A stretch of 64,000 bases of DNA from positions 163 through 64,162 of the IMG/VR virus record IMGVR_UViG_3300012207_000003; one strand, 5' to 3'. The notes beneath the pieces were generated by a model. The model saw only the letters and a program-made list of their open reading frames with translations, was not told the DNA's origin and made no database searches. Shown here piece by piece: positions 10,468 to 19,321 of this stretch. The position numbers and the translations under genes were made by a program. How positions within the stretch are numbered: the stretch's first letter is position 1; the number at the start of each line of letters is the position of its first letter. Source of the stretch: a virus. Lineage: Duplodnaviria > Caudoviricetes.

Positions 10468-10658
10468 ATATAGAGGAATGCCAGCATACTCATACCATAG
10501 AAAAAGAGGGTGAAACCTGGAATGATACAATGGGCAAAACTCATACCATAATCTATACTAAATGCTCGTATTGCTCTAAAACCATTCGTGTGAGGCAAAC
10601 AGGAAGCGATTTGCCGCGCGTGTATATGCCTCCATTTCCATTTGGCATAAAGCCATAA
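10464..10658 (+). CDS. small zinc-ribbon hypothetical protein
   Basis: CQH...CSYC; coupled to neighbours. Confidence 0.45.
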   Translation: MNIEECQHTHTIEKEGETWNDTMGKTHTIIYTKCSYCSKTIRVRQTGSDLPRVYMPPFPFGIKP

Positions 10659-11986
10659 TGACAACACAATCCCCTGCTCTCAACACTCTCATAGATATCC
10701 ATGCGTTCTATAGCCGTTATTCCAACATAGTAGGCAAACCTACCAATTCATCGCGTGACGGTAAGGAGTATCACGGTTCATGTCCTAAATGTGGGGGAAA
10801 TGATAGATTCGTATTTTGGGAGTCAGGGCGGTTTAGTTGTTCTATCCGGTCTAGCGGTTGTGGCATTTCTGGCAGTAGTCCTTACTGGTATCTCAGGGAC
10901 ATAGAGGGATTGTCTCACAGAAACGCTTGTGAAGATTTAGGGATAGACCTAGATCAATTTGAAGAATGGCAAGAACAACAAAGAAACGTGTTACCACTTT
11001 TCATGACCTCCGACCAGGAACCATGCAAGAAGTGGATGGATGCTGCATCAGCATTTGTGTATAGAGCTGAAAGATATCTATGGAGTGACAAAGGTACAAA
11101 GGCTTTAGAATATTTGCATGGCAGGGGCTTAACCAATGAAACTATCAGATATGCGAAGTTGGGTTTTTGTCCTGGCTGGTATCACGAACAATTAGAGAAC
11201 TGGGGACTTACATCTATACAGACGTTGGAAGAGACAGAAATTAAAATTCCCCCTGGCATAACGATTCCCTGGATCGTTGAAAATAAGATATGGAAAATCA
11301 GTGTCAAGCGTTTTGAAGATGTTGAAAAAGGGTACTTTCAGGTAGTAGGGTCTAGTGACGCGTTGTATACTATAGATACCTCACAAGGGTATGATACCCC
11401 CTGCATGTTGTTAGAATCTGAGTTTGATGCATTATCAGTTCAGCAAGAAGCGGGGGATATCATTGCAAGTGTAGCAACCGGAGGAACTAGCAAAGGGCAA
11501 TCTCTGAGATGGATAAATCAATTAAAACAAGTTCCTGGAATCTTGATAGGGTTTGATGCAGATGAAGCTGGCAATGCCGGATCTGCCAATTGGTTGAAGA
11601 AAATACCTGATGCTCTCAGATGGCAACCCTGGGCGCATGATGCTAACCAGATGTTGCAAGATAATACGCCAGTAAGGACATGGGTAGAAATGGGACTGAG
11701 AGCATTACACACGCAGATAGAAGAGCCTGTACAGCCCCCTGCTTTGTTGCCAGTGACACCTATTCCCTTGCCCTTGAAAGCAACTTGTGAAACCGATGTT
11801 AGAAAACCTACTGATAATATAAGCAAGAAAAGAACACTAGACCCCTGGATTAAACTGAATGATGCTGGTTTACCTGAATTTTGCTCAACTCCTATCTGTC
11901 GCAATCGCTCGATTGCGTGGAGGTCAAATAGTGAAATGATGCAAGCGTATTGTGAGAAGCATAAACCTGCTCAGTTTGGATGGTAA
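10658..11986 (+). CDS. DNA primase (zinc finger plus TOPRIM)
   Basis: YHGSCPKCGGNDRF, YLHGRGL, LLESEFDALS, GFDADEAG, HDAN. Confidence 0.85.
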   Translation: MTTQSPALNTLIDIHAFYSRYSNIVGKPTNSSRDGKEYHGSCPKCGGNDRFVFWESGRFSCSIRSSGCGISGSSPYWYLRDIEGLSHRNACEDLGIDLDQFEEWQEQQRNVLPLFMTSDQEPCKKWMDAASAFVYRAERYLWSDKGTKALEYLHGRGLTNETIRYAKLGFCPGWYHEQLENWGLTSIQTLEETEIKIPPGITIPWIVENKIWKISVKRFEDVEKGYFQVVGSSDALYTIDTSQGYDTPCMLLESEFDALSVQQEAGDIIASVATGGTSKGQSLRWINQLKQVPGILIGFDADEAGNAGSANWLKKIPDALRWQPWAHDANQMLQDNTPVRTWVEMGLRALHTQIEEPVQPPALLPVTPIPLPLKATCETDVRKPTDNISKKRTLDPWIKLNDAGLPEFCSTPICRNRSIAWRSNSEMMQAYCEKHKPAQFGW

Positions 11987-11993
11987 AAGAAGA

Positions 11994-12164
11994 ATGGAAG
12001 AAACAACTATCCTGGTTCTGGATTCTGAAATATGCGAGTGCTGCGGGGATGTTCTAGGGCATTTCGGAATATGCCCTACTTGTGGATGGGAACCGCTAGA
12101 ATACATTGCAGACTGGGATGAGTGCGAGTACATCGAAGAAGAGGATACTTACATCTACTACTAA
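11994..12164 (+). CDS. small acidic zinc-ribbon protein
   Basis: CECC..CPTC. Confidence 0.4.
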   Translation: MEETTILVLDSEICECCGDVLGHFGICPTCGWEPLEYIADWDECEYIEEEDTYIYY

Positions 12165-12303
12165 GGTGATTTTAATGTAGCTTAAAACTTGCTGAGAAAG
12201 CTACCTTTCAGTTACTTTTGCGTTACTTCCCTCGTCATCATGAGTTAGTATCTGTATAAAAGTGTTTCATAGTGTGTTATACTACGTTATAATATGACAC
12301 AAA

Positions 12304-12552
12304 ATGAATTATCAAGATCAAAGGAGTATGCAAGGCATGATGTTAAAGATTGAGGGAGAGGAGTATTTAACGGCGGGGGAATCTGCTCAACATTTGAATG
12401 TGAGTGCGGCCACGTTTACCAAATTTCAGAAGTTGTATAAGCTGCAATCACTGAGTAGGCCAGGCATGGGACAGCGTAAGTTTTTTAAGAAATCTGACCT
12501 GGAACCGCTCTTGCAATTTAGACCGACGAATGCAAAAGGACAGGTCGGTTAG
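12304..12552 (+). CDS. HTH DNA-binding protein
   Basis: EYLTAGESAQHLNVS..TF...RKFFKKSDL. Confidence 0.65.
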   Translation: MNYQDQRSMQGMMLKIEGEEYLTAGESAQHLNVSAATFTKFQKLYKLQSLSRPGMGQRKFFKKSDLEPLLQFRPTNAKGQVG

Positions 12553-12580
12553 AGACATTATCCTATCTCTGTTTTCCAAT

Positions 12581-12617
12581 AAAAAAGACGCATGATTAAC
12601 AGCCATGCGTCTTTTTT
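12581..12617. terminator. bidirectional intrinsic terminator
   Basis: AAAAAAGACGCATG-loop-CATGCGTCTTTTTT between convergent genes. Confidence 0.8.
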
Positions 12618-12638
12618 GATGTGTGCTTTGATTTTTGA

Positions 12639-12941
12639 TTAATGGAAGTCTACTTCCAAATACTCAGTGACTTCTGGTCTATTTAACAAATCACGGAGTA
12701 GTCGCGCTTCCTGATATGACAGATTGATTTCCTCATGAATGGTTGTTGGCTCTCCACATTCCATGTTAAATGTGACAAGATGCACTTCATAGTTCCCGTC
12801 GAAGTGCTGAACTGAAAGATCAACCTCTTCGCCAGGACGATGAAAAACAAGAGTATGCTCAACTGGCGTATTGTGGTACTTGACTGTGTTCAGGTGTGAT
12901 TCGGTGATAGTGGTATCGAATGCTGATAATGGAGTTGTCAA
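12639..12941 (-). CDS. hypothetical protein
   Basis: ORF with a GGGG-containing SD upstream. Confidence 0.5.
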   Translation of the reverse strand: MTTPLSAFDTTITESHLNTVKYHNTPVEHTLVFHRPGEEVDLSVQHFDGNYEVHLVTFNMECGEPTTIHEEINLSYQEARLLRDLLNRPEVTEYLEVDFH

Positions 12942-13051
12942 TTTTCCCCCAACTTTCTATTGCTGACTTATGCTAGCAATAACTACAACGCGTGACTTCA
13001 ACCTACAATAACATACATTTCAACTATTTTTCAACTATGACAAAATTGTCA

Positions 13052-13573
13052 TTATTCAGGAAATCTATAGAGAGTTCCCTGTGAAGTAACTCGTTCGAGT
13101 AAAACCTCATCGCGTACCATAAAAACAATGACTTTAGCGTTAACGTCTTCACAAACACAAACTTTTCCAAGATTGGCAAGTACCTCTTTCTCTGTAAACC
13201 AGAAGTAATCATCATCTACTTGGGGATTGGAAATCTCAAGCGTATTGGTTACAGAGTTAACAGATGCCTGGCGAAGATGTTTTTTGCTGTTGCACTTTAC
13301 GCAAGCTGGTACGCAGTTCTCAGCAGTTGTACCACCTCCATATCTAACAGATCGACAATGCTCTAATATTTGATAAGGCGCTTCCAGGCAATAAGCACAT
13401 TGCCAATTATACCTATCAAGAATCTCTAGCCACTGAGTCAATGTAAGAGTAGACGGATTGCCAAATTTTGATGTTCTCCTACAATTGCTCAAAACCCTAT
13501 GGCGCTCTCTTGCAATCTGTTCTCTTGTGAGAGTTGATGAATTTTTATTCATCAATATTTGTTCGTCCATCAA
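13052..13573 (-). CDS. HNH endonuclease
   Basis: LT..QW..IL..Y.W.CAYC...LEH...GG.T..ENCVPACVKCN. Confidence 0.8.
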   Translation of the reverse strand: MMDEQILMNKNSSTLTREQIARERHRVLSNCRRTSKFGNPSTLTLTQWLEILDRYNWQCAYCLEAPYQILEHCRSVRYGGGTTAENCVPACVKCNSKKHLRQASVNSVTNTLEISNPQVDDDYFWFTEKEVLANLGKVCVCEDVNAKVIVFMVRDEVLLERVTSQGTLYRFPE

Positions 13574-13875
13574 TCTTCAATTTCTAATTCAAGTTCAGAT
13601 GACCACGCTTTTGCTTGTTGTTCAACATAACTAGGAACGGCTTGCAGTTCATTCCACATACGTAACAATTCCTGGCAGGGGCAATCAGGCTTGCCACAAT
13701 AAAAATTGTTCTCTTCTGTATGAAGTACCTCATCTTCCATGAGTACCGGAAAGACAACTTCACCTTGAACAATAGTTGCAATTAATTCAGTATTGACCAC
13801 TAATAAACTTCCTTTCTTTTTTTTACTACTTTCCTCGCTTCCGAGGTGTCTGCCTCTCCCTTTCGAGAGGGGCAA
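13570..13875 (-). CDS. hypothetical protein (start uncertain)
   Basis: H....FYC..P.CPC motif. Confidence 0.4.
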   Translation of the reverse strand: MPLSKGRGRHLGSEESSKKKKGSLLVVNTELIATIVQGEVVFPVLMEDEVLHTEENNFYCGKPDCPCQELLRMWNELQAVPSYVEQQAKAWSSELELEIED

Positions 13876-13894
13876 CCATCTTGGAACCTAGAAA

Positions 13895-14218
13895 CTACCG
13901 CATTGGTACGAGTCTACCGCTAGGGGCTTGGTCCATTTTGAACTCACTTTTGCGGTTCAGTGTGCCTTTCTGAGAAGTCTCAACGACGACTGGTTTCAAA
14001 TTTGCTTTGATGGAAATTTGAACCGCTGCCACATGTTTACACCTGGCTGCTTGCCCCCTGCTTGCCTGGAATTCGCCATGCTTGCATGTGCAAGTCCAAT
14101 TGCTTGTGCTCTCATCGAAGCACACTTTGTACATTTCATTGGAAGAGTCAGATGGAACCATCCAACAATTTTGACTGAGGATTTTATAGATTGCATTTGC
14201 CTTGATTTCTGTTGCCAT
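13895..14218 (-). CDS. SWIM zinc finger protein
   Basis: VPSDS...YKV...CTC...CKH. Confidence 0.8.
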   Translation of the reverse strand: MATEIKANAIYKILSQNCWMVPSDSSNEMYKVCFDESTSNWTCTCKHGEFQASRGQAARCKHVAAVQISIKANLKPVVVETSQKGTLNRKSEFKMDQAPSGRLVPMR

Positions 14219-14254
14219 TTTTGACTTCCCCTTACGTTTTCATTTGATATAGTA

Positions 14255-14283
14255 AGTGTACTTTAGTTGTCATTGGTTGTCAA
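14255..14283 (-). promoter_or_regulatory. sigma70-type promoter (leftward)
   Basis: TTGACA-N17-TACACT. Confidence 0.6.
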
Positions 14284-14383
14284 GTGTTTTCAGTACCAAT
14301 AATACGTGTTTTCTTGCTATTGAAAAAATTCGATGTTATACTGTAGAACAGAGTTGCTAATACATACAAAGGAGTACACGTCA

Positions 14384-14590
14384 ATGCCAGAAAAGTTACT
14401 GAATATCAAGCAAGTTGAAGAAGCTTTAGGAGTAAGCGAAAGCACTGTTTTTCGTCTCATGAGAAATAAGAAGTTGCAAGGCTTCAAGATCGGGCGAGAA
14501 TGGCGATTCCAAGAAAAAGATATTGACGCTCTTATAGCACGTCAACGTGAAGAAGCTGAGAGAAAAACACCAGAGAACGCTATAGCCTAG
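14384..14590 (+). CDS. HTH_17 DNA-binding protein
   Basis: LLNIKQV...LGVSESTVFRLM....LQGFKIGREWRF. Confidence 0.85.
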   Translation: MPEKLLNIKQVEEALGVSESTVFRLMRNKKLQGFKIGREWRFQEKDIDALIARQREEAERKTPENAIA

Positions 14591-14729
14591 TAGCCAACTG
14601 GCTACAAGAAAGGAGATGATAGCATATAAAAAATGATGCCTACTCTATGCTAGGCATCATTTCCGTTTCCCTGGCACATGTCGGAAATGCCGATGTGTCA
14701 AAAGATGTACAAAGAAAGTATAGCATATT

Positions 14730-15500
14730 ATGGAACAACAACAATTCATCCTCACAACTGAACAACTCGCACAAGCATTTGGAGTAACTCCTAAAATTAT
14801 TAGCAATAACTTTAATCGTCACATAGAAGACTTCCAGGAGGATATCCATTATTTTGTGGCAGAGGGCGAAAATCTCAAACCCTTTGACATCCTCTCAGAG
14901 AGGACTTCAAACCTTGAAGAGGACATTTCATCCTCTTTAAACAATGACATCCTCTCAAAGAGGACTTCAAAAAGAGGGGGAGCTAGAAAAAGATATCTCT
15001 GGACATTAAAAGGTGCATTTGTTCATGCGTGGATTTTAAAATCCCCAAGCGCAAAAACATCCTATGAAAAATTAATGGGACTTGCTGAAAATCCTCAAGT
15101 TCACTCAGATGTACAACAAGAAGTCACAAGATTAAATGCGCTCGTTGCCAAACTTCAAGATACGGTAGACATGTACATCGGAGCACTCAATCATGCAGCA
15201 GATGAAAATCAAAAACTCAAAAATCAAAAGCGACAAACAGGACTTCCTCCAACCTCTGTTATGGACATTGAAATGATCTTAAATCGCTTGCGCCGACGCT
15301 TGAAAGAAGAGCGACTTGACACAAAAGCGATTATGCAAGATATCGCACAGTTAGATGCTAAGGTTTCAAAGACGCTAGAAATAGAAGAGTCAAGCATGGA
15401 AGACAGTATGAAACAAGCTGAATTCCGCTCAACCATACAAGAACAATTCGCCCAACTCACTCAACCAATCACACTACCCCTGCTCGAATCCCCTCGTTAA
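14730..15500 (+). CDS. ORF6N-domain antirepressor-like protein with coiled coil
   Basis: ILTTEQLAQAFGV....I..NFNRH...F.EDIHYF...YLWT.KG. Confidence 0.8.
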   Translation: MEQQQFILTTEQLAQAFGVTPKIISNNFNRHIEDFQEDIHYFVAEGENLKPFDILSERTSNLEEDISSSLNNDILSKRTSKRGGARKRYLWTLKGAFVHAWILKSPSAKTSYEKLMGLAENPQVHSDVQQEVTRLNALVAKLQDTVDMYIGALNHAADENQKLKNQKRQTGLPPTSVMDIEMILNRLRRRLKEERLDTKAIMQDIAQLDAKVSKTLEIEESSMEDSMKQAEFRSTIQEQFAQLTQPITLPLLESPR

Positions 15501-15725
15501 TCCCTCCAAAAATGATAATGCCTTGAATATGTAGCTTGCATATTCAAGGCTTCTCTCAGGATGCTCTATTGGTTGTGGATTGCGCTCTCTCCAATAGTCC
15601 TGCATTAGAACATTCAGCCCTACGGCAATCCCTTCTTGCTGGTACGTGGCTTACGCATTCTAATGGTAAGCTTTTCTTTCGATTGCTCTACTTGTTAGCT
15701 TGCCTGAATAGCATACCATAAGAAA

Positions 15726-16106
15726 TCATTGTGTGTCAAGATGTGTTTCCAGTTCCCGACTATGACCATCTATGAACTCTACAGCCGTGTGAATATCAAT
15801 CCTGACGATACCGCTCCTCGCCTCTGGTGACTGGTCACGAATGACAGTTAGCTTATCAATAGAGAGTTTTAGGTCGGCAATCATCACATCTTTTGCTGCC
15901 TCTATCACTCCGCTGGCAATAATTCGATCAACGACAATACGGGCTAATTCTTCTGTTGTAGCAGGCCCACCCCTAGCTGCTAACCGATCATCAAAAGGAA
16001 TCAAGACACTACGCGCTGTTTTTATTTCTCTGTTTGCAATCTGCAGATCTTGTTCCATAGCTTGTAGTTTCTGCTCAAGAACTGCCAGTTTTTCTTCAAT
16101 TGTCAC
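15726..16106 (-). CDS. hypothetical coiled-coil protein
   Basis: GGAAGGA SD before a GTG start. Confidence 0.5.
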   Translation of the reverse strand: MTIEEKLAVLEQKLQAMEQDLQIANREIKTARSVLIPFDDRLAARGGPATTEELARIVVDRIIASGVIEAAKDVMIADLKLSIDKLTVIRDQSPEARSGIVRIDIHTAVEFIDGHSRELETHLDTQ

Positions 16107-16169
16107 TACTAAATCCTTCCCTTGCTATACAAAAATTACACAAGAAAAACCCTGGCTAGTGGGGGAGGA

Positions 16170-16406
16170 CTAGCCAGGGTCAAAAGAGGGTGGAAGATCA
16201 CGTGGTGGAACTGGTTGGTATTTGCACTCAAAGCCTATTCTATCCAGGCTGGCAAACAAACTTCCAGCATTGATATCACTGAGCAGGGGCAATACAGTCT
16301 TTGGATTCAATGGACAAGCGCGGTTATGGCATGCTGCACATGGGAACTTGTACTGCCCTCTTTTTGTATGTTTTACGCGGATGAAATTGCGTTCTTCCAT
16401 CGGCAA
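16170..16406 (-). CDS. hypothetical protein
   Basis: AGGAGG SD; CxxC...C. Confidence 0.5.
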   Translation of the reverse strand: MPMEERNFIRVKHTKRGQYKFPCAACHNRACPLNPKTVLPLLSDINAGSLFASLDRIGFECKYQPVPPRDLPPSFDPG

Positions 16407-16438
16407 TACTTCCTCCTGTCACGTTGAGGGAGTGGTGT

Positions 16439-16780
16439 CTAACGGCGATAGGCGTTATCAGTGTTCCTGTACTCAGCTACATCATTCAAAGCGGTTTCTT
16501 TGAATGCTCTCAGTTGTGCTAATTCTTCTTCATACTGGCGAAGTTGTACTTTCAGCATTTTCATTTCTGCTATTGTGGCGGGGGCTTGATCGTCCTCGAA
16601 TTGTTGCGCTAGATTGATATACTTCTCAATTGATTCCTCATTCGAGAGGACATCAGCAACGATAACAGAGCAAAACACGCCCTGCCCGAAGTCCTGATTC
16701 TCGCAAATATCTTGGAGCTTATTCATAGCTTCTTCTGAAAACGCTCTTCTTGAAAGTGAAACAGTACCTACTTTTGTCAT
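16439..16780 (-). CDS. hypothetical protein
   Basis: AAGGA SD before MTKVGT. Confidence 0.55.
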   Translation of the reverse strand: MTKVGTVSLSRRAFSEEAMNKLQDICENQDFGQGVFCSVIVADVLSNEESIEKYINLAQQFEDDQAPATIAEMKMLKVQLRQYEEELAQLRAFKETALNDVAEYRNTDNAYRR

Positions 16781-16799
16781 GGTTAAAATTCCTTTCCTA

Positions 16800-17200
16800 C
16801 GTGTACAAAAACGATAAGAAACAAGAGAAGAAAAGAGCAAGGCATGATGCGAGTCACGCACACGCTTACTTCCAAAGATGCGCTGTTCCTTGCTCTCTCC
16901 CTCTTTTTTGTGCGAGTGAGTGAAAGCTCCTCTGACTGCCGATAAGGAGAATAGGAGTCGTTCATCTGAACGTATTCTGCACAGCCTGTAGAGCTACGCC
17001 AACACGGTACACTCACTCACACATTTGGCGGTAACTTTCCAAGCCTACATACGATAGGCTTGATTGAACTTTTCATGTGTTTCGTATAACTAACTATTCA
17101 ATTGTAAAGAATGGACAACGGCCTTACGGGTCATCCATTCCGCAACGGCCCTCCTTTCTTTTTGTCTCAGGAAGAGCGTACAAATTGATCTTCCTGGCTA
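16800..17200 (-). ncRNA. putative structured non-coding RNA or leader
   Basis: Long stems 16909-16922/17010-17023 and about 16823-16842/16888-16905; no convincing ORF. Confidence 0.45.
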
Positions 17201-17226
17201 CATCTATTCGACAAGCAAGTACGAAA

Positions 17227-17353
17227 TGGGGGCTGGCCAGATTCGAACTGGCATCTCTGGAATGAGGGAAAGATACCTCCAGGGAATCACTCTTCCTCTC
17301 AAACCCTCCAACCTGGGGGAGTTGTGTGTTTTGCCATTTAAACTACAGTCCCC
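17227..17353 (-). tRNA. tRNA-like RNA with an enlarged central insert and no canonical anticodon arm
   Basis: Acceptor GGGACTG/CAGCCCC, D arm TAGTTTAAATGGCAAAAC, T arm GCCAG-TTCGAAT-CTGGC. Confidence 0.65.
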
Positions 17354-17364
17354 GCGAAAATCTA

Positions 17365-17754
17365 TCACAAAAGCTGCATTGGCGGTAAATCGCCATCACC
17401 GTCGGCAAGCGTATACAGATGAAAACTTGATAAGGCCAGGGTATCAGGATCTGTTTCATGCGCTTTTGATTGTTGCCTTAGAACTCGTGTATTGCGGCGC
17501 ATAAGTGTACCTGACGGACGCAATGCCATAAGCTCCCGATTGAGCAAACTAATACGTGACCTGGCGCGTTTTAGCTCCTGCTCTGACTCCATAGTACGCA
17601 CTTCAAGCAAGCCTCTTTGCGCTTCCAGGCTCTGTACTTTCTGATAGTATTTATCATCTGCTTTTATCTGTGCGTTGCCTTGCTGATAGATGCCATATCC
17701 CAGTCCAGAACACGCCAGGATGAACAGGATAGCCATAAAAAGCGTAGATATCAT
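17365..17754 (-). CDS. membrane-anchored coiled-coil protein
   Basis: N-terminal hydrophobic helix followed by heptad-like segment. Confidence 0.55.
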   Translation of the reverse strand: MISTLFMAILFILACSGLGYGIYQQGNAQIKADDKYYQKVQSLEAQRGLLEVRTMESEQELKRARSRISLLNRELMALRPSGTLMRRNTRVLRQQSKAHETDPDTLALSSFHLYTLADGDGDLPPMQLL

Positions 17755-18251
17755 GGTTGAGGTTCCTTAATACTAATGCCCTCTTCACGCGCTCTCTGGC
17801 GCAATTGCGCTGGCTTAGAGTAGTATGTGTACATGTGAGGATTCAGGTCATGCAAATAATTGTCGTAGTCTTTGACGAGCTGCGCTAATACCATACAGCG
17901 TTCTCTTAAATCGCGCTCAGTGATGGAAGATGGTTTTTTATGATCTTCCTGATTTGGATTCATAAAGGTTTCTCTTTCTTTGGTCTGGCAACACGTACCA
18001 GTGGCTTGTTCGATTTTTGATAATAGATAGGTATTCCTCTGCATATCTCAGCACGTATGCTACACATAGTTTGATGACATTTACCGCAAATAGTACAGTG
18101 AGAAATACGGCATTTGGGATTGATACAAAGGGTCATTAAGCTTCCTATCCTTTCAAATGCACACATGGCGATGAGATAGGAACAAAGCCACATAAGCCAC
18201 AAAAATACTCATTTTCATGGTCACGTTTTCTAAGCCAATTCCAGAACTTTT

Positions 18252-19148
18252 TCATGAAATTTTCCTTTCCTGATCCTGAACGAACAACAGAGCGGGGGGT
18301 TGTATGGAGTATCCTGGTTTAATTTTGAGAGTAGAAATCTTCAACTTATCACCTTTTACATTTGCCTCAATTTCCCCTGCTTTCAATTGTTGTTTAAGCG
18401 TTGAAATTGCGTAGCCTGTGATGTGCGCAGCTTCCTCAAAAGTGACAAGATATTTTTGCGGACGAGTGACTTGTGAAGCCATATCAAGGCTTGAAAAACC
18501 GATTTCGTTTGTGAGTTCTTCCATCTCAAAACCAGGAGAGATTTCAGGAAGATTTTCCTCTGGTTTTTGCTTCAATTCTTGCCGCAGTTTTGGCTCCTGA
18601 AATGCTGCTTTTGCCACTTCTTTTATGTCAGAAATGGAGGTCAGAATTGAGTGCTTTTTGAGATCAGATTTGCGCACTTTTTCTGTTAATTTTGCCTCTG
18701 TTTCATCGTTGCGTTGCTTCAATTCCTCGGCTGATTCTGACTTAGAATTAAAGAGTTCCGCGACAATTGAATAGGCCAGATTTAAGAATGCAAAGGCACT
18801 TGCAAGTATCGGATTGAGCCAGTAGAAATCTGCGGCACGGTTCAAATCTTGACTTTGGAATTGTGTTGCGTATTCCCAATTGACAATCCAGGAAAAGGCT
18901 GTAAGTCCCAAGATAAAAAGCCAGATACCTGCTAATGCCCATCCTGACATGCCTTTTCTAAAAAACATAATGCCGATAGTCAGAATCAAAGCAGTGACAT
19001 CAATGCTGATAGCTAACGCATAAGAACCTGTCCAATCAGTATATGCAGGCTCAAAACTGTGGAAGAAATAGGCGATATGGCGCAAGGATGCATACAAAAA
19101 TGCGCCATATGCGAAAATGAATACAACTCGGATAATACTACGAAACAT
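18252..19148 (-). CDS. DUF2637/SpdA-like multi-TM protein with C-terminal HTH
   Basis: 4 TM segments with 'ASLRHI' and 'LAISID' motifs, coiled coil, then LVTFEEAAHITGYAISTLKQ. Confidence 0.6.
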   Translation of the reverse strand: MFRSIIRVVFIFAYGAFLYASLRHIAYFFHSFEPAYTDWTGSYALAISIDVTALILTIGIMFFRKGMSGWALAGIWLFILGLTAFSWIVNWEYATQFQSQDLNRAADFYWLNPILASAFAFLNLAYSIVAELFNSKSESAEELKQRNDETEAKLTEKVRKSDLKKHSILTSISDIKEVAKAAFQEPKLRQELKQKPEENLPEISPGFEMEELTNEIGFSSLDMASQVTRPQKYLVTFEEAAHITGYAISTLKQQLKAGEIEANVKGDKLKISTLKIKPGYSIQPPALLFVQDQERKIS

Positions 19149-19153
19149 ACCTA

Positions 19154-19321
19154 CTAGTCCCCTTTCCCTAAATATCTTTTCTTACGCTTATCATAATTAG
19201 AATCGACACCTGTATGCTCATCATGACGCATACGCAATAGGAGTGAGATACGGCCAAACCACCAACCGATAAAAGTGCCTACAATACCACCACAGATAAA
19301 AGCAAACTCAAATTCTGGCAT
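19154..19321 (-). CDS. small single-TM protein (55 aa, not in the ORF track)
   Basis: MPEFEFAFICGGIVGTFIGWWFGRISLLLR...; TAATG overlap with the ATPase stop. Confidence 0.55.
   Translation of the reverse strand: MPEFEFAFICGGIVGTFIGWWFGRISLLLRMRHDEHTGVDSNYDKRKKRYLGKGD

Noticed and set aside
17227-17353. Assigning an anticodon (e.g. His or Gly) to the tRNA-like RNA
   Set aside because: No 5-bp stem with a 7-nt loop at the expected position, so an identity cannot be supported.
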